Part shown: in pieces, positions 20,901 to 35,400 of the stretch
Position numbering within the stretch: the stretch's first letter is position 1
Layout: the number at the start of each line of letters is the position of its first letter
Source: Eledone cirrhosa
Taxonomy: Eukaryota
Assembly (NCBI GenBank): GCA_964016885.1
Contig: OZ024750.1
Location: forward strand, 39,680,001 to 39,744,000
Reading direction: 5' to 3'
DNA: 64,000 nt
Made by a program: the position numbers and the translations under genes
Notes under the pieces: model-generated
The model's input: the letters and a program-made list of their open reading frames with translations, nothing else
What the model was told of the DNA's origin: nothing
Databases searched by the model: none

Positions 20901-23900
20901 GGCAGTGTCTTTTGATAGTAGCTAGTAGTCCAATAGGCAATGTCTTTTGATAGTAACTAGTAGTCCAATAGGCAGTGTCTTTTGATAGTAACTAGTAGTC
21001 CAATAGGCAGTGTCTTTTGATAGTAGCTAGTAGTTCAATAGGCAGTGTCTTTTGATAGTAGTTAGTAGTCCAATAGGCAATGTCTTTTTATAGTAACTAG
21101 TAGTCCAATAGGCAGTGTCTTTTGATAGTAGTTAGTAGTCCAATAGGCAGTGTCTTTTGATAGTAGCTAGTAGTCCAATAGGCAGTGTCTTTTGATAGTA
21201 GTTAGTAGTCCAATAGGCAGTGTCTTTTGATAGTAGTTAGTAGTCCAATAGACAATGTCTTTTGATAGTAGCTAGTAGTCCAATAGGCAATGTCTTTTGA
21301 TAGTAGCTAGTAGTCCAATAGGCAGTGTCTTTTTATAGTAACTAGTAGTCCAATAGGCAGTGTCTTTTGATAGTAGCTAGTAGTCCAATAGGCAATGTCT
21401 TTTGATAGTAACTAGTAGTCCAATAGGCAGTGTCTTTTGATAGTAACTAGTAGTCCAATAGGCAGTGTCTTTTGATAGTAGCTAGTAGTTCAATAGGCAG
21501 TGTCTTTTGATAGTAGTTAGTTGTCCAATAGGCAGTGTCTTTTGATAGTAGTTAGTAGTCCAATAGGCAGTGTCTTTTGATAGTAGTTAGTAGTCCAATA
21601 GGCAGTGTCTTTTGATAGTAGTTAGTAGTCCAATAGACAATGTCTTTTGATAGTAGCTAGTAGTCCAATAGGCAATGTCTTTTGATAGTAGCTAGTAGTC
21701 CAATAGGCAATGTCTTTTGATAGTAGCGAGTAGTCCAATAGGCAATGTCTTTTGATAGTAACTAGTAGTCCAATAGGCAGTGTCTTTTTATAGTAGCTAG
21801 TAGTTCAATAGGCAGTGTCTTTTGATAGTAGCTAGTAGTCCAATAGGCAATGTCTTTTGATAGTAACTAGTAGTCCAATAGGCAATGTCTTTTGATGGTA
21901 ACTAGTAGTCCAATAGGCGGTGTCTTTTGATAGTAGCTAGTAGTCCAATAGGCAGTGTCTTTTGATAGTAGCTAGTAGTCCATTAGGCAATGTCTTTTGA
22001 TAGTAACTAGTAGTCCAATAGGCAGTGTCTTTTTATAGTAACTAGTAGTCCAATAGGCAATGTCTTTTGATAGTAGCTAGTAGTCCTATAGGCAGTGTCT
22101 TTTGATAGTAACTAGTAGTCCAATAGGCAATGTCTTTTGATAGTAGCTAGTAGTCCAATAGGCAATGTCTTTTGATAGTAGCTAGTAGTCCAATAGGCAG
22201 TGTCTTTTGATAGTAGCTAGTAGTCCATTAGGCAATGTCTTTTGATAGTAACTAGTAGTCCAATAGGCAGTGTCTTTTTATAGTAACTAGTAGTCCAATA
22301 GGCAATGTCTTTTGATAGTAGCTAGTAGTCCAATAGGCAATGTCTTTTGATAGTAGCTAGTAGTCCAATAGGCAGTGTCTTTTGATAGTAGCTAGTAGTC
22401 CAATAGGCAATGTCTTTTGATAGTAGCTAGTAGTCCAATAGGCAATGTCTTGTGATAGTAGCTAGTAGTCCAATAGGCAATGTCTTTTGATAGTAACTAT
22501 AAGTCCAATAGGCGGTGTCTTTTGATAGTAGCTAGTAGTCCAATAGGCAATGTCTTTTGATAGTAACTAGTAGTCCAATAGGCAGTGTCTTTTGATAGTA
22601 GCTAGTAGTCCAATAGGCAATGTCTTTTGATAGTAACTAGTAATCCAATAGGCAGTGTCTTTTGATAGTAACTAGTAGTCCAATAGGCAATGTCTTTTGA
22701 TAGTAGCTAGTAGTCCAATAGGCGGTGTCTTTTGATAGTAGCTAGTAGTCCAATAGGCAGTGTCTTTTGATAGTAGCTAGTAGTCCAATAGGCAGTGTCT
22801 TTTGATAGTAACTAGTAGTCCAATAGGCAATGTCTTTTGATAGTAGCTAGTAGTCCAATAGGCAGTGTCTTTTGATAGTAGTTAGTAGTCCAATAGGCAG
22901 TGTCGTTTGATAGTAGTTAGTAGTCCAATAGGCAGTGTCTTTTGATAGTAGCTAGTAGTCCAATAGGCAGTGTCTTTTGATAGTAGCTAGTAGTCCAATA
23001 GGCAGTGTCTTTTGATAGTAGCTAGTAGTCCAATAGGCAGTGTCTTTTGATAGTAGCTAGTAGTCCATTAGGCAGTGTCTTTTGATAGTAGTTAGTTCTC
23101 CTATAGGCAATGTCTTTTGATAGTAGCTAGTAGTCCAATAGGCAATGTCTTTTGATAGTAGCTAGTAGTCCAATAGGCAGTGTCTTTTGATAGTAGTTAG
23201 TAGTCCAATAGGCAGTGTCTTTTGATAGTAGTTAGTAGTCCAATAGGCAATGTCTTTTGATAGTAGCTAGTAGTCCAATAGGCAGTGTCTTTTGATAGTA
23301 GTTAGTAGTCCAATAGGCAATGTCTTTTGATAGTAACTAGTAGTCCAATAGGCAATGTCTTTTGATAGTAGCTAGTAGTCCAATAGGCACTGTCTTTTGA
23401 TAGTAGCTAGTAGTCCAATAGGCACTGTCTTTTGATAGTAACTAGTAGTCCAATAGGCAGTGTCTTTTTATAGTAACTAGTAGTCCAATAGGCAGTGTCT
23501 TTTGATAGTAGCTAGTAGTTCAATAGGCAGTGTCTTTTGATAGTAGTTAGTAGTCCAATAGGCAGTGTCTTTTTATAGTAACTAGTAGTCCAATAGGCAG
23601 TGTCTTTTGATAGTAGCTAGTAGTCCAATAGGCAATGACTTTTGATAGTAACTAGTAGTCCAATAGGCAGTGTCTTTTGATAGTAACTAGTAGTCCAATA
23701 GGCAGTGTCTTTTGATAGTAGCTAGTAGTTCAATAGGCAGTGTCTTTTGATAGTAGTTAGTAGTCCAATAGGCAGTGTCTTTTTATAGTAACTAGTAGTC
23801 CAATAGGCAGTGTCTTTTGATAGTAGCTAGTAGTTCAATAGGCAGTGTCTTTTGATAGTAGTTAGTAGTCCAATAGGCAGTGTCTTTTGATAGTAGTTAG

Positions 23901-26900
23901 TAGTCCAATAGGCAGTGTCTTTTGATAGTAGTTAGTAGTCCAATAGGCAGTGTCTTTTGATAGTAGTTAGTAGTCCAATAGACAATGTCTTTTGATAGTA
24001 GCTAGTAGTCCAATAGGCAATGTCTTTTGATAGTAGCTAGTAGTCCAATAGGCAGTGTCTTTTTATAGTAACTAGTAGTCCAATAGGCAGTGTCTTTTGA
24101 TAGTAGCTAGTAGTCCAATAGGCAATGTCTTTTGATAGTAACTAGTAGTCCAATAGGCAGTGTCTTTTGATAGTAACTAGTAGTCCAATAGGCAGTGTCT
24201 TTTGATAGTAGCTAGTAGTTCAATAGGCAGTGTCTTTTGATAGTAGTTAGTTGTCCAATAGGCAGTGTCTTTTGATAGTAGTTAGTAGTCCAATAGGCAG
24301 TGTCTTTTGATAGTAGTTAGTAGTCCAATAGACAATGTCTTTTGATAGTAGCTAGTAGTCCAATAGGCAATGTCTTTTGATAGTAGCTAGTAGTCCAATA
24401 GGCAATGTCTTTTGATAGTAGCGAGTAGTCCAATAGGCAATGTCTTTTGATAGTAACTAGTAGTCCAATAGGCAGTGTCTTTTTATAGTAGCTAGTAGTT
24501 CAATAGGCAGTGTCTTTTGATAGTAGCTAGTAGTCCAATAGGCAATGTCTTTTGATAGTAACTAGTAGTCCAATAGGCAATGTCTTTTGATAGTAACTAG
24601 TAGTCCAATAGGCGGTGTCTTTTGATAGTAGCTAGTAGTCCAATAGGCAGTCTTTTTATAGTAACTAGTAGTCCAATAGGCAGTGTCTTTTTATAGTAAC
24701 TAGTAGTCCAATAGGCAATGTCTTTTGATAGTAAGTAGTAGGCCAATAGGCAATGTCTTTTGATAGTAAGTAGTAGTCCTATAGGCAGTGTCTTTTGATA
24801 GTAACTAGTAGTCCAATAGGCAATGTCTTTTGATAGTAGCTAGTAGTCCAATAGGCAACGTCTTTTGATAGTAGTCCAATAGGCAGTGTCTTTTGATAGT
24901 AGTTAGTAGTCCAATAGGCAGTGTCTTTTGATAGTAGTTAGTAGTCCAATAGGCAATGTCTTTTGATAGTAAGTAGTAGTCCTATAGGCAGTGTCTTTTG
25001 ATAGTAGCTAGTAGTCCTATAGGCAATGTCTTGATAGTAGCTAGTAGTCCAATAGGCAATGTCTTTTGATAGTAGTTAGTAGTCCAATAGGCAATGTCTT
25101 TTGATAGTAGCTAGTAGTCCAATAGGCAATGTCTTTTGATAGTAGCTAGTAGTCCTATAGGCAATGTCTTTTGATAGTAGCTAGTAGTCCAATAGGCAGT
25201 GTCTTTTGATAGTAACTAGTAGTCCAATAGGCTGTCTTTTGATAGTAGCTAGTAGTTCAATAGGCAGTGTCTTTTGATAGTAGCTAGTAGTTCAATAGGC
25301 AGTGTCTTTTGATAGTAGCTAGTAGTCCAATAGGCAATGTCTTTTGATAGTAACTAGTAGTCCAATAGGCAATGTCTTTTGATAGTAACTAGTAGTCCAA
25401 TAGGCGGTGTCTTTTGATAGTAGCTAGTAGTCCAATAGGCAATGTCTTTGATAGTAGCTAGTAGTCCAATAGGCAATGTCTTTTGATAGTAGCTAGTAGT
25501 CCAATAGGCAATGTCTTTTGATAGTAGCTAGTAGTCCAATAGGCAATGTCTTTTGATAGTAGCTAGTAGTCCTATAGGCAATGTCTTTTGATAGTAGCTA
25601 GTAGTCCAATAGGCAATGTCTTTTGATAGTAACTAGTAGTCCAATAGGCAGTGTCTTTTGATAGTAGCTAGTAGTTCAATAGGCAGTGTCTTTTGATAGT
25701 AGTTAGTAGTCCAATAGGCAGTGTCTTTTGATAGTAGTTAGTAGTCCAATAGGCAGTGTCTTTTGATAGTAGTTAGTAGTCCAATAGACAATGTCTTTTG
25801 ATAGTAGCTAGTAGTCCAATAGGCAATGTCTTTTGATAGAAGCTAGTAGTCCAATAGGCAATGTCTTTTGATAGTAGCGAGTAGTCCAATAGGCAATGTC
25901 TTTTGATAGTAACTAGTAGTCCAATAGGCAGTGTCTTTTTATAGTAACTAGTAGTCCAATAGGCAATGTCTTTTGATAGTAAGTAGTAGTCCTATAGGCA
26001 GTGTCTTTTGATAGTAACTAGTAGTCCAATAGGCAATGTCTTTTGATAGTAACTAGTAGTCCAATAGGCAATGTCTTTTGATAGTAGCTAGTAGTCCAAT
26101 AGGCAGTGTCTTTTGATAGTAGTTAGTAGTCCAATAGGCAATGTCTTTTGATAGTAAGTAGTAGTCCTATAGGCAGTGTCTTTTGATAGTAGCTAGTAGT
26201 CCTATAGGCAATGTCTTTTGATAGTAGCTAGTAGTCCAATAGGCAATGCCTTTTGATAGTAGTTAGTAGTCCAATAGGCAATGTCTTTTGATAGTAACTA
26301 GTAGTCCAATAGGCAATGTCTTTTGATAGTAGCTAGTAGTCCAATAGGCAATGTCTTTTGATAGTAGTTAGTAGTCCAATAGGCAATGTCTTTTGATAGT
26401 AGCTAGTAGTCCAATAGGCAATGTCTTTTGATAGTAGCTAGTAGTCCAATAGGCAATGTCTTTTGATAGTAGCTAGTAGTCCAATAGGCAATGTCTTTTG
26501 ATAGTAGCTAGTAGTCCAATAGGCAGTGTCTTTTTATAGTAACTAGTAGTCCAATAGGCTGTCTTTTGATAGTAGCTAGTAGTTCAATAGGCAGTGTCTT
26601 TTGATAGTAGCTAGTAGTTCAATAGGCAGTGTCTTTTGATAGTAGCTAGTAGTCCAATAGGCAATGTCTTTTGATAGTAACTAGTAGTCCAATAGGCAAT
26701 GTCTTTTGATAGTAACTAGTAGTCCAATAGGCGGTGTCTTTTGATAGTAGCTAGTAGTCCAATAGGCGGTGTCTTTTGATAGTAGCTAGTAGTCCAATAG
26801 GCAATGTCTTTTGATAGTAGCTAGTAGTCCAATAGGCAATGTCTTTTGATAGTAGCTAGTAGTCCAATAGGCAATGTCTTTTGATAGTAGCTAGTAGTCC

Positions 26901-29900
26901 AATAGGCAAAATCTTTTGATAGTAACTAGTAGTCCTATAGGCAATGTCTTTTGATAGTAGCTAGTAGTCCTGTAGGCAATGTCTTTTGATAGTAGCTAGT
27001 AGTCCAATAGGCAATGTCTTTTGATAGTAGCTAGTAGTCCAATAGGCAATGTCTTTTGATAGTAGCTAGTAGTCCAATAGGCAATGTCTTTTGATAGTAG
27101 TTAGTAGTCCAATAGGCAATGTCTTTTGATAGTAGTTAGTAGTCCAATAGGCAGTGTCTTTTGATAGTAGTTAGTAGTCCAATAGACAATGTCTTTTGAT
27201 AGTAGCTAGTAGTCCAATAGGCAATGTCTTTTGATAGTAGCTAGTAGTCCAATAGGCAGTGTCTTTTTATAGTAACTAGTAGTCCAATAGGCAGTGTCTT
27301 TTGATAGTAGCTAGTAGTTCAATAGGCAGTGTCTTTTGATAGTAGCTAGTAGTCCAATAGGCAATGTCTTTTGATAGTAACTAGTAGTCCAATAGGCAAT
27401 GTCTTTTGATAGTAACTAGTAGTCCTATAGGCGGTGTCTTTTGATAGTAGCTAGTAGTCCAATAGGCAGTGTCTTTTGATAGTAGCTAGTAGTCCATTAG
27501 GCAGTGTCTTTTGATAGTAGTTAGTAGTCCAATAGGCAATGTCTTTTGATAGTAAGTAGTAGTCCTATAGGCAGTGTCTTTTGATAGTAGCTAGTAGTCC
27601 CATAGGCAATGTCTTTTGATAGTAGCTAGTAGTCCAATAGGCAATGTCTTTTGATAGTAGTTAGCAGTCCAATAGGCAATGTCTTTTGATAGTAGCTAGT
27701 AGTCCAATAGGCAATGTCTTTTGATAGTAGCTAGTAGTCCTATAGGCAATGTCTTTTGATAGTAGCTAGTAGTCCAATAGGCAATGTCTTTTGATAGTAG
27801 TTAGTAGTCCAATAGGCAGTGTCTTTTGATAGTAGTTAGTAGTCCAATAGGCAGTGTCTTTTGATAGTAGTTAGTAGTCCAATAGACAATGTCTTTTGAT
27901 AGTAACTAGTAGTCCAATAGGCAATGTCTTTTGATAGTAGCTAGTAGTCCAATAGGCAGTGTCTTTTTATAGTAACTAGTAGTCCAATAGGCTGTCTTTT
28001 GATAGTAGCTAGTAGTTCAATAGGCAGTGTCTTTTGATAGTAGCTAGTAGTTCAATAGGCAGTGTCTTTTGATAGTAGCTAGTAGTCCAATAGGCAATGT
28101 CTTTTGATAGTAACTAGTAGTCCAATAGGCAATGTCTTTTGATAGTAACTAGTAGTCCAATAGGCAATGTCTTTTGATAGTAGCTAGTAGTCCAATAGGC
28201 AATGTCTTTTGATAGTAGCTAGTAGTCCTATAGGCAATGTCTTTTGATAGTAGCTAGTAGTCCAATAGGCAATGTCTTTTGATAGTAACTAGTAGTCCAA
28301 TAGGCAGTGTCTTTTGATAGTAGCTAGTAGTTCAATAGGCAGTGTCTTTTGATAGTAGTTAGTAGTCCAATAGGCAGTGTCTTTTGATAGTAGTTAGTAG
28401 TCCAATAGGCAGTGTCTTTTGATAGTAGTTAGTAGTCCAATAGGCAGTGTCTTTTGATAGTAGTTAGTAGTCCAATAGACAATGTCTTTTGATAGTAGCT
28501 AGTAGTCCAATAGGCAATGTCTTTTGATAGAAGCTAGTAGTCCAATAGGCAATGTCTTTTGATAGTAGCGAGTAGTCCAATAGGCAATGTCTTTTGATAG
28601 TAACTAGTAGTCCAATAGGCAGTGTCTTTTTATAGTAACTAGTAGTCCAATAGGCAATGTCTTTTGATAGTAAGTAGTAGTCCTATAGGCAGTGTCTTTT
28701 GATAGTAACTAGTAGTCCAATAGGCAATGTCTTTTGATAGTAACTAGTAGTCCAATAGGCAATGTCTTTTGATAGTAGCTAGTAGTCCAATAGGCAGTGT
28801 CTTTTGATAGTAGTTAGTAGTCCAATAGGCAGTGTCTTTTGATAGTAGTTAGTAGTCCAATAGGCAATGTCTTTTGATAGTAAGTAGTAGTCCTATAGGC
28901 AGTGTCTTTTGATAGTAGCTAGTAGTCCTATAGGCAATGTCTTTTGATAGTAGCTAGTAGTCCAATAGGCAATGCCTTTTGATAGTAGTTAGTAGTCCAA
29001 TAGGCAATGTCTTTTGATAGTAACTAGTAGTCCAATAGGCAATGTCTTTTGATAGTAGCTAGTAGTCCAATAGGCAATGTCTTTTGATAGTAGTTAGTAG
29101 TCCAATAGGCAATGTCTTTTGATAGTAGCTAGTAGTCCAATAGGCAATGTCTTTTGATAGTAGCTAGTAGTCCAATAGGCAATGTCTTTTGATAGTAGCT
29201 AGTAGTCCAATAGGCAATGTCTTTTGATAGTAGCTAGTAGTCCAATAGGCAGTGTCTTTTTATAGTAACTAGTAGTCCAATAGGCTGTCTTTTGATAGTA
29301 GCTAGTAGTTCAATAGGCAGTGTCTTTTGATAGTAGCTAGTAGTTCAATAGGCAGTGTCTTTTGATAGTAGCTAGTAGTCCAATAGGCAATGTCTTTTGA
29401 TAGTAACTAGTAGTCCAATAGGCAATGTCTTTTGATAGTAACTAGTAGTCCAATAGGCGGTGTCTTTTGATAGTAGCTAGTAGTCCAATAGGCGGTGTCT
29501 TTTGATAGTAGCTAGTAGTCCAATAGGCAATGTCTTTTGATAGTAGCTAGTAGTCCAATAGGCAATGTCTTTTGATAGTAGCTAGTAGTCCAATAGGCAA
29601 TGTCTTTTGATAGTAGCTAGTAGTCCAATAGGCAAAATCTTTTGATAGTAACTAGTAGTTCTATAGGCAATGTCTTTTGATAGTAGCTAGTAGTCCTGTA
29701 GGCAATGTCTTTTGATAGTAGCTAGTAGTCCAATAGGCAATGTCTTTTGATAGTAACTAGTAGTCCAATAGGCAATGTCTTTTGATAGTAGCTAGTAGTC
29801 CAATAGGCAATGTCTTTTGATAGTAGTTAGTAGTCCAATAGGCAATGTCTTTTGATAGTAGTTAGTAGTCCAATAGGCAGTGTCTTTTGATAGTAGTTAG

Positions 29901-32426
29901 TAGTCCAATAGACAATGTCTTTTGATAGTAGTTAGTAGTCCAATAGGCAATGTCTTTTGATAGTAGTTAGTAGTCCAATAGGCAGTGTCTTTTGATAGTA
30001 GTTAGTAGTCCAATAGACAATGTCTTTTGATAGTAGCTAGTAGTCCAATAGGCAATGTCTTTTGATAGTAGCTAGTAGTCCAATAGGCAGTGTCTTTTTA
30101 TAGTAACTAGTAGTCCAATAGGCAGTGTCTTTTGATAGTAGCTAGTAGTTCAATAGGCAGTGTCTTTTGATAGTAGCTAGTAGTCCAATAGGCAATGTCT
30201 TTTGATAGTAACTAGTAGTCCAATAGGCGATGTCTTTTGATAGTAACTAGTAATCCTATAGGCGGTGTCTTTTGATAGTAGCTAGTAGTCCAATAGGCGG
30301 TGTCTTTTGATAGTAGCTAGTAGTCCATTAGGCAATGTCTTTTGATAGTAACTAGTAGTCCAATAGGCAGTGTCTTTTTATAGTAACTAGTAGTCCAATA
30401 GGCAATGTCTTTTGATAGTAACTAGTAGTCCAATAGGCGGTGTCTTTTGATAGTAGCTAGTTGTCCAATAGGCGGTGTCTTTTGATAGTAGCTAGTAGTC
30501 CAATAGGCAATGTCTTTTGATAGTAGCTAGTAGTCCAATAGGCAATGTCTTTTGATAGTAGCTAGTAGTCCAATAGGCAGTGTCTTTTGATAGTAACTAG
30601 TAGTCCAATAGGCAATGTCTTTTGATAGTAGCTAGTAGTCCAATAGGCAATGTCTTTTGATAGTAACTAGTAGTCCAATAGGCAGTGTCTTTTTATAGTA
30701 GCTAGTAGTTCAATAGGCAGTGTCTTTTGATAGTAGCTAGTAGTCCAATAGGCAATGTCTTTTGATAGTAACTAGTAGTCCAATAGGCAATGTCATTTGA
30801 TAGTAACTAGTAGTCCAATAGGCGGTGTCTTTTGATAGTAGCTAGTAGTCCAATAGGCAGTGTCTTTTGATAGTAGCTAGTAGTCCATTAGGCAATGTCT
30901 TTTGATATTAACTAGTAGTCCAATAGGCAGTGTCTTTTTATAGTAACTAGTAGTCCAATAGGCAATGTCTTTTGATAGTAAGTAGTAGTCCTATAGGCAG
31001 TGTCTTTTGATAGTAACTAGTAGTCCAATAGGCAATGTCTTTTGATAGTAGCTAGTAGTCCAATAGGCAATGTCTTTTGATAGTAGCTAGTAGTCCAATA
31101 GGCAGTGTCTTTTGATAGTAGTTAGTAGTCCAATAGGCAGTGTCTTTTGATAGTAGTTAGTAGTCCAATAGGCAATGTCTTTTGATAGTAAGTAGTAGTC
31201 CTATAGGCAGTGTCTTTTGATAGTAGCTAGTAGTCCTATAGGCAATGCCTTTTGATAGTAGTTAGTAGTCCAATAGGCAATGTCTTTTGATAGTAACTAG
31301 TAGTCCAATAGGCAATGTCTTTTGATAGTAGCTAGTAGTCCAATAGGCAATGTCTTTTGATAGTAGGTAGTAGTCCAATAGGCAATGTCTTTTGATAGTA
31401 GCTAGTAGTCCAATAGGCAATGTCTTTTGATAGTAGCTAGTAGTCCAATAGGCAATGTCTTTTGATAGTAGCTAGTAGTCCAATAGGCAATGTCTTTTGA
31501 TAGTAAGTAGTAGTCCTATAGGCAGTGTCTTTTGATAGTAGCTAGTAGTCCTATAGGCAATGTCTTTTGATAGTAGCTAGTAGTCCAATAGGCAATGCCT
31601 TTTGATAGTAGTTAGTAGTCCAATAGGCAATGTCTTTTGATAGTAACTAGTAGTCCAATAGGCAATGTCTTTTGATAGTAGCTAGTAGTCCAATAGGCAA
31701 TGTCTTTTGATAGTAGTTAGTAGTCCAATAGGCAATGTCTTTTGATAGTAGCTAGTAGTCCAATAGGCAATGTCTTTTGATAGTAGCTAGTAGTCCAATA
31801 GGCAATGTCTTTTGATAGTAGCTAGTAGTCCAATAGGCAATGTCTTTTGATAGTAGCTAGTAGTCCAATAGGCAGTGTCTTTTTATAGTAACTAGTAGTC
31901 CAATAGGCTGTCTTTTGATAGTAGCTAGTAGTTCAATAGGCAGTGTCTTTTGATAGTAGCTAGTAGTTCAATAGGCAGTGTCTTTTGATAGTAGCTAGTA
32001 GTCCAATAGGCAATGTCTTTTGATAGTAACTAGTAGTCCAATAGGCAATGTCTTTTGATAGTAACTAGTAGTCCAATAGGCGGTGTCTTTTGATAGTAGC
32101 TAGTAGTCCAATAGGCGGTGTCTTTTGATAGTAGCTAGTAGTCCAATAGGCAATGTCTTTTGATAGTAGCTAGTAGTCCAATATGCAATGTCTTTTGATA
32201 GTAGCTAGTAGTCCAATAGGCAATGTCTTTTGATAGTAGCTAGTAGTCCAATAGGCAAAATCTTTTGATAGTAACTAGTAGTTCTATAGGCAATGTCTTT
32301 TGATAGTAACTAGTAGTCCAATAGGCAATGTCTTTTGATAGTAGCTATAGTCCAATAGGCAATGTCTTTTGATAGTAGTTAGTAGTCCAATAGGCAATGT
32401 CTTTTGATAGTAGTTAGTAGTCCAAT

Positions 32427-35400
32427 AGACAATGTCTTTTGATAGTAGCTAGTAGTCCAATAGGCAATGTCTTTTGATAGTAGCTAGTAGTCCAATAGGC
32501 AGTGTCTTTTTATAGTAACTAGTAGTCCAATAGGCAGTGTCTTTTGATAGTAGCTAGTAGTTCAATAGGCAGTGTCTTTTGATAGTAGCTAGTAGTCCAA
32601 TAGGCAATGTCTTTTGATAGTAACTAGTAGTCCAATAGGCGATGTCTTTTGATAGTAACTAGTAATCCTATAGGCGGTGTCTTTTGATAGTAGCTAGTAG
32701 TCCAATAGGCAGTGTCTTTTGATAGTAGCTAGTAGTCCATTAGGCAATGTCTTTTGATAGTAACTAGTAGTCCAATAGGCAGTGTCTTTTTATAGTAACT
32801 AGTAGTCCAATAGGCAATGTCTTTTGATAGTAACTAGTAGTCCAATAGGCGGTGTCTTTTGATAGTAGCTAGTTGTCCAATAGGCGGTGTCTTTTGATAG
32901 TAGCTAGTAGTCCAATAGGCAATGTCTTTTGATAGTAGCTAGTAGTCCAATAGGCAATGTCTTTTGATAGTAGCTAGTAGTCCAATAGGCAGTGTCTTTT
33001 GATAGTAACTAGTAGTCCAATAGGCAATGTCTTTTGATAGTAGCTAGTAGTCCAATAGGCAATGTCTTTTGATAGTAACTAGTAGTCCAATAGGCAGTGT
33101 CTTTTTATAGTAGCTAGTAGTTCAATAGGCAGTGTCTTTTGATAGTAGCTAGTAGTCCAATAGGCAATGTCTTTTGATAGTAACTAGTAGTCCAATAGGC
33201 AATGTCATTTGATAGTAACTAGTAGTCCAATAGGCGGTGTCTTTTGATAGTAGCTAGTAGTCCAATAGGCAGTGTCTTTTGATAGTAGCTAGTAGTCCAT
33301 TAGGCAATGTCTTTTGATAGTAACTAGTAGTCCAATAGGCAGTGTCTTTTTATAGTAACTAGTAGTCCAATAGGCAATGTCTTTTGATAGTAAGTAGTAG
33401 TCCTATAGGCAGTGTCTTTTGATAGTAACTAGTAGTCCAATAGGCAATGTCTTTTGATAGTAGCTAGTAGTCCAATAGGCAATGTCTTTTGATAGTAGCT
33501 TGTAGTCCAATAGGCAGTGTCTTTTGATAGTAGTTAGTAGTCCAATAGGCAGTGTCTTTTGATAGTAGTTAGTAGTCCAATAGGCAATGTCTTTTGATAG
33601 TAAGTAGTAGTCCTATAGGCAGTGTCTTTTGATAGTAGCTAGTAGTCCTATAGGCAATGTCTTTTGATAGTAGCTAGTAGTCCAATAGGCAATGCCTTTT
33701 GATAGTAGTTAGTAGTCCAATAGGCAATGTCTTTTGATAGTAACTAGTAGTCCAATAGGCAATGTCTTTTGATAGTAGCTAGTAGTCCAATAGGCAATGT
33801 CTTTTGATAGTAGGTAGTAGTCCAATAGGCAATGTCTTTTGATAGTAGCTAGTAGTCCAATAGGCAATGTCTTTTGATAGTAGCTAGTAGTCCAATAGGC
33901 AATGTCTTTTGATAGTAGCTAGTAGTCCAATAGGCAATGTCTTTTGATAGTAGCTAGTAGTCCAATAGGCAGTGTCTTTTTATAGTAACTAGTAGTCCAA
34001 TAGGCTGTCTTTTGATAGTAGCTAGTAGTTCAATAGGCAGTGTCTTTTGATAGTAGCTAGTAGTTCAATAGGCAGTGTCTTTTGATAGTAGCTAGTAGTC
34101 CAATAGGCAATGTCTTTTGATAGTAACTAGTAGTCCAATAGGCAATGTCTTTTGATAGTAACTAGTAGTCCAATAGGCGGTGTCTTTTGATAGTAGCTAG
34201 TAGTCCAATAGGCGGTGTCTTTTGATAGTAGCTAGTAGTCCAATAGGCAATGTCTTTTGATAGTAGCTAGTAGTCCAATAGGCAATGTCTTTTGATAGTA
34301 GCTAGTAGTCCAATAGGCAATGTCTTTTGATAGTAGCTAGTAGTCCAATAGGCAAAATCTTTTGATAGTAACTAGTAGTCCTATAGGCAATGTCTTTTGA
34401 TAGTAGCTAGTAGTCCTGTAGGCAATGTCTTTTGATAGTAGCTAGTAGTCCAATAGGCAATGTCTTTTGATAGTAACTAGTAGTCCAATAGGCAATGTCT
34501 TTTGATAGTAGCTAGTAGTCCAATAGGCAATGTCTTTTGATAGTAGTTAGTAGTCCAATAGGCAATGTCTTTTGATAGTAGTTAGTAGTCCAATAGGCAG
34601 TGTCTTTTGATAGTAGTTAGTAGTCCAATAGACAATGTCTTTTGATAGTAGCTAGTAGTCCAATAGGCAATGTCTTTTGATAGTAGCTAGTAGTCCAATA
34701 GGCAGTGTCTTTTTATAGTAACTAGTAGTCCAATAGGCAGTGTCTTTTGATAGTAGCTAGTAGTTCAATAGGCAGTGTCTTTTGATAGTAGCTAGTAGTT
34801 CAATAGGCAATGTCTTTTGATAGTAACTAGTAGTCCAATAGGCAATGTCTTTTGATAGTAACTAGTAGTCCTATAGGCGGTGTCTTTTGATAGTAGCTAG
34901 TAGTCCAATAGGCAGTGTCTTTTGATAGTAGCTAGTAGTCCATTAGGCAGTGTCTTTTGATAGTAGTTAGTAGTCCAATAGGCAGTGTCTTTTGATAGTA
35001 AGTAGTAGTTCAATAGGCAGTGTCTTTTGATAGTAGCTAGTAGTCCAATAGGCAATGTCTTTTGATAGTAACTAGTAGTCCAATAGGCAATGTCTTTTGA
35101 TAGTAACTAGTAGTCCAATAGGCGGTGTCTTTTGATAGTAGCTAGTAGTCCAATAGGCGGTGTCTTTTGATAGTAGCTAGTAGTCCAATAGGCAATGTCT
35201 TTTGATAGTAGCTAGTAGTCCAATAGGCAATGTCTTTTGATAGTAGTTAGTAGTCCAATAGACAATGTCTTTTGATAGTAGCTAGTAGTCCAATAGGCAA
35301 TGTCTTTTGATAGTAGCTAGTAGTCCTATAGGCAATGTCTTTTGATAGTAGCTAGTAGTCCAATAGGCAATGTCTTTTGATAGTAGTTAGTAGTCCAATA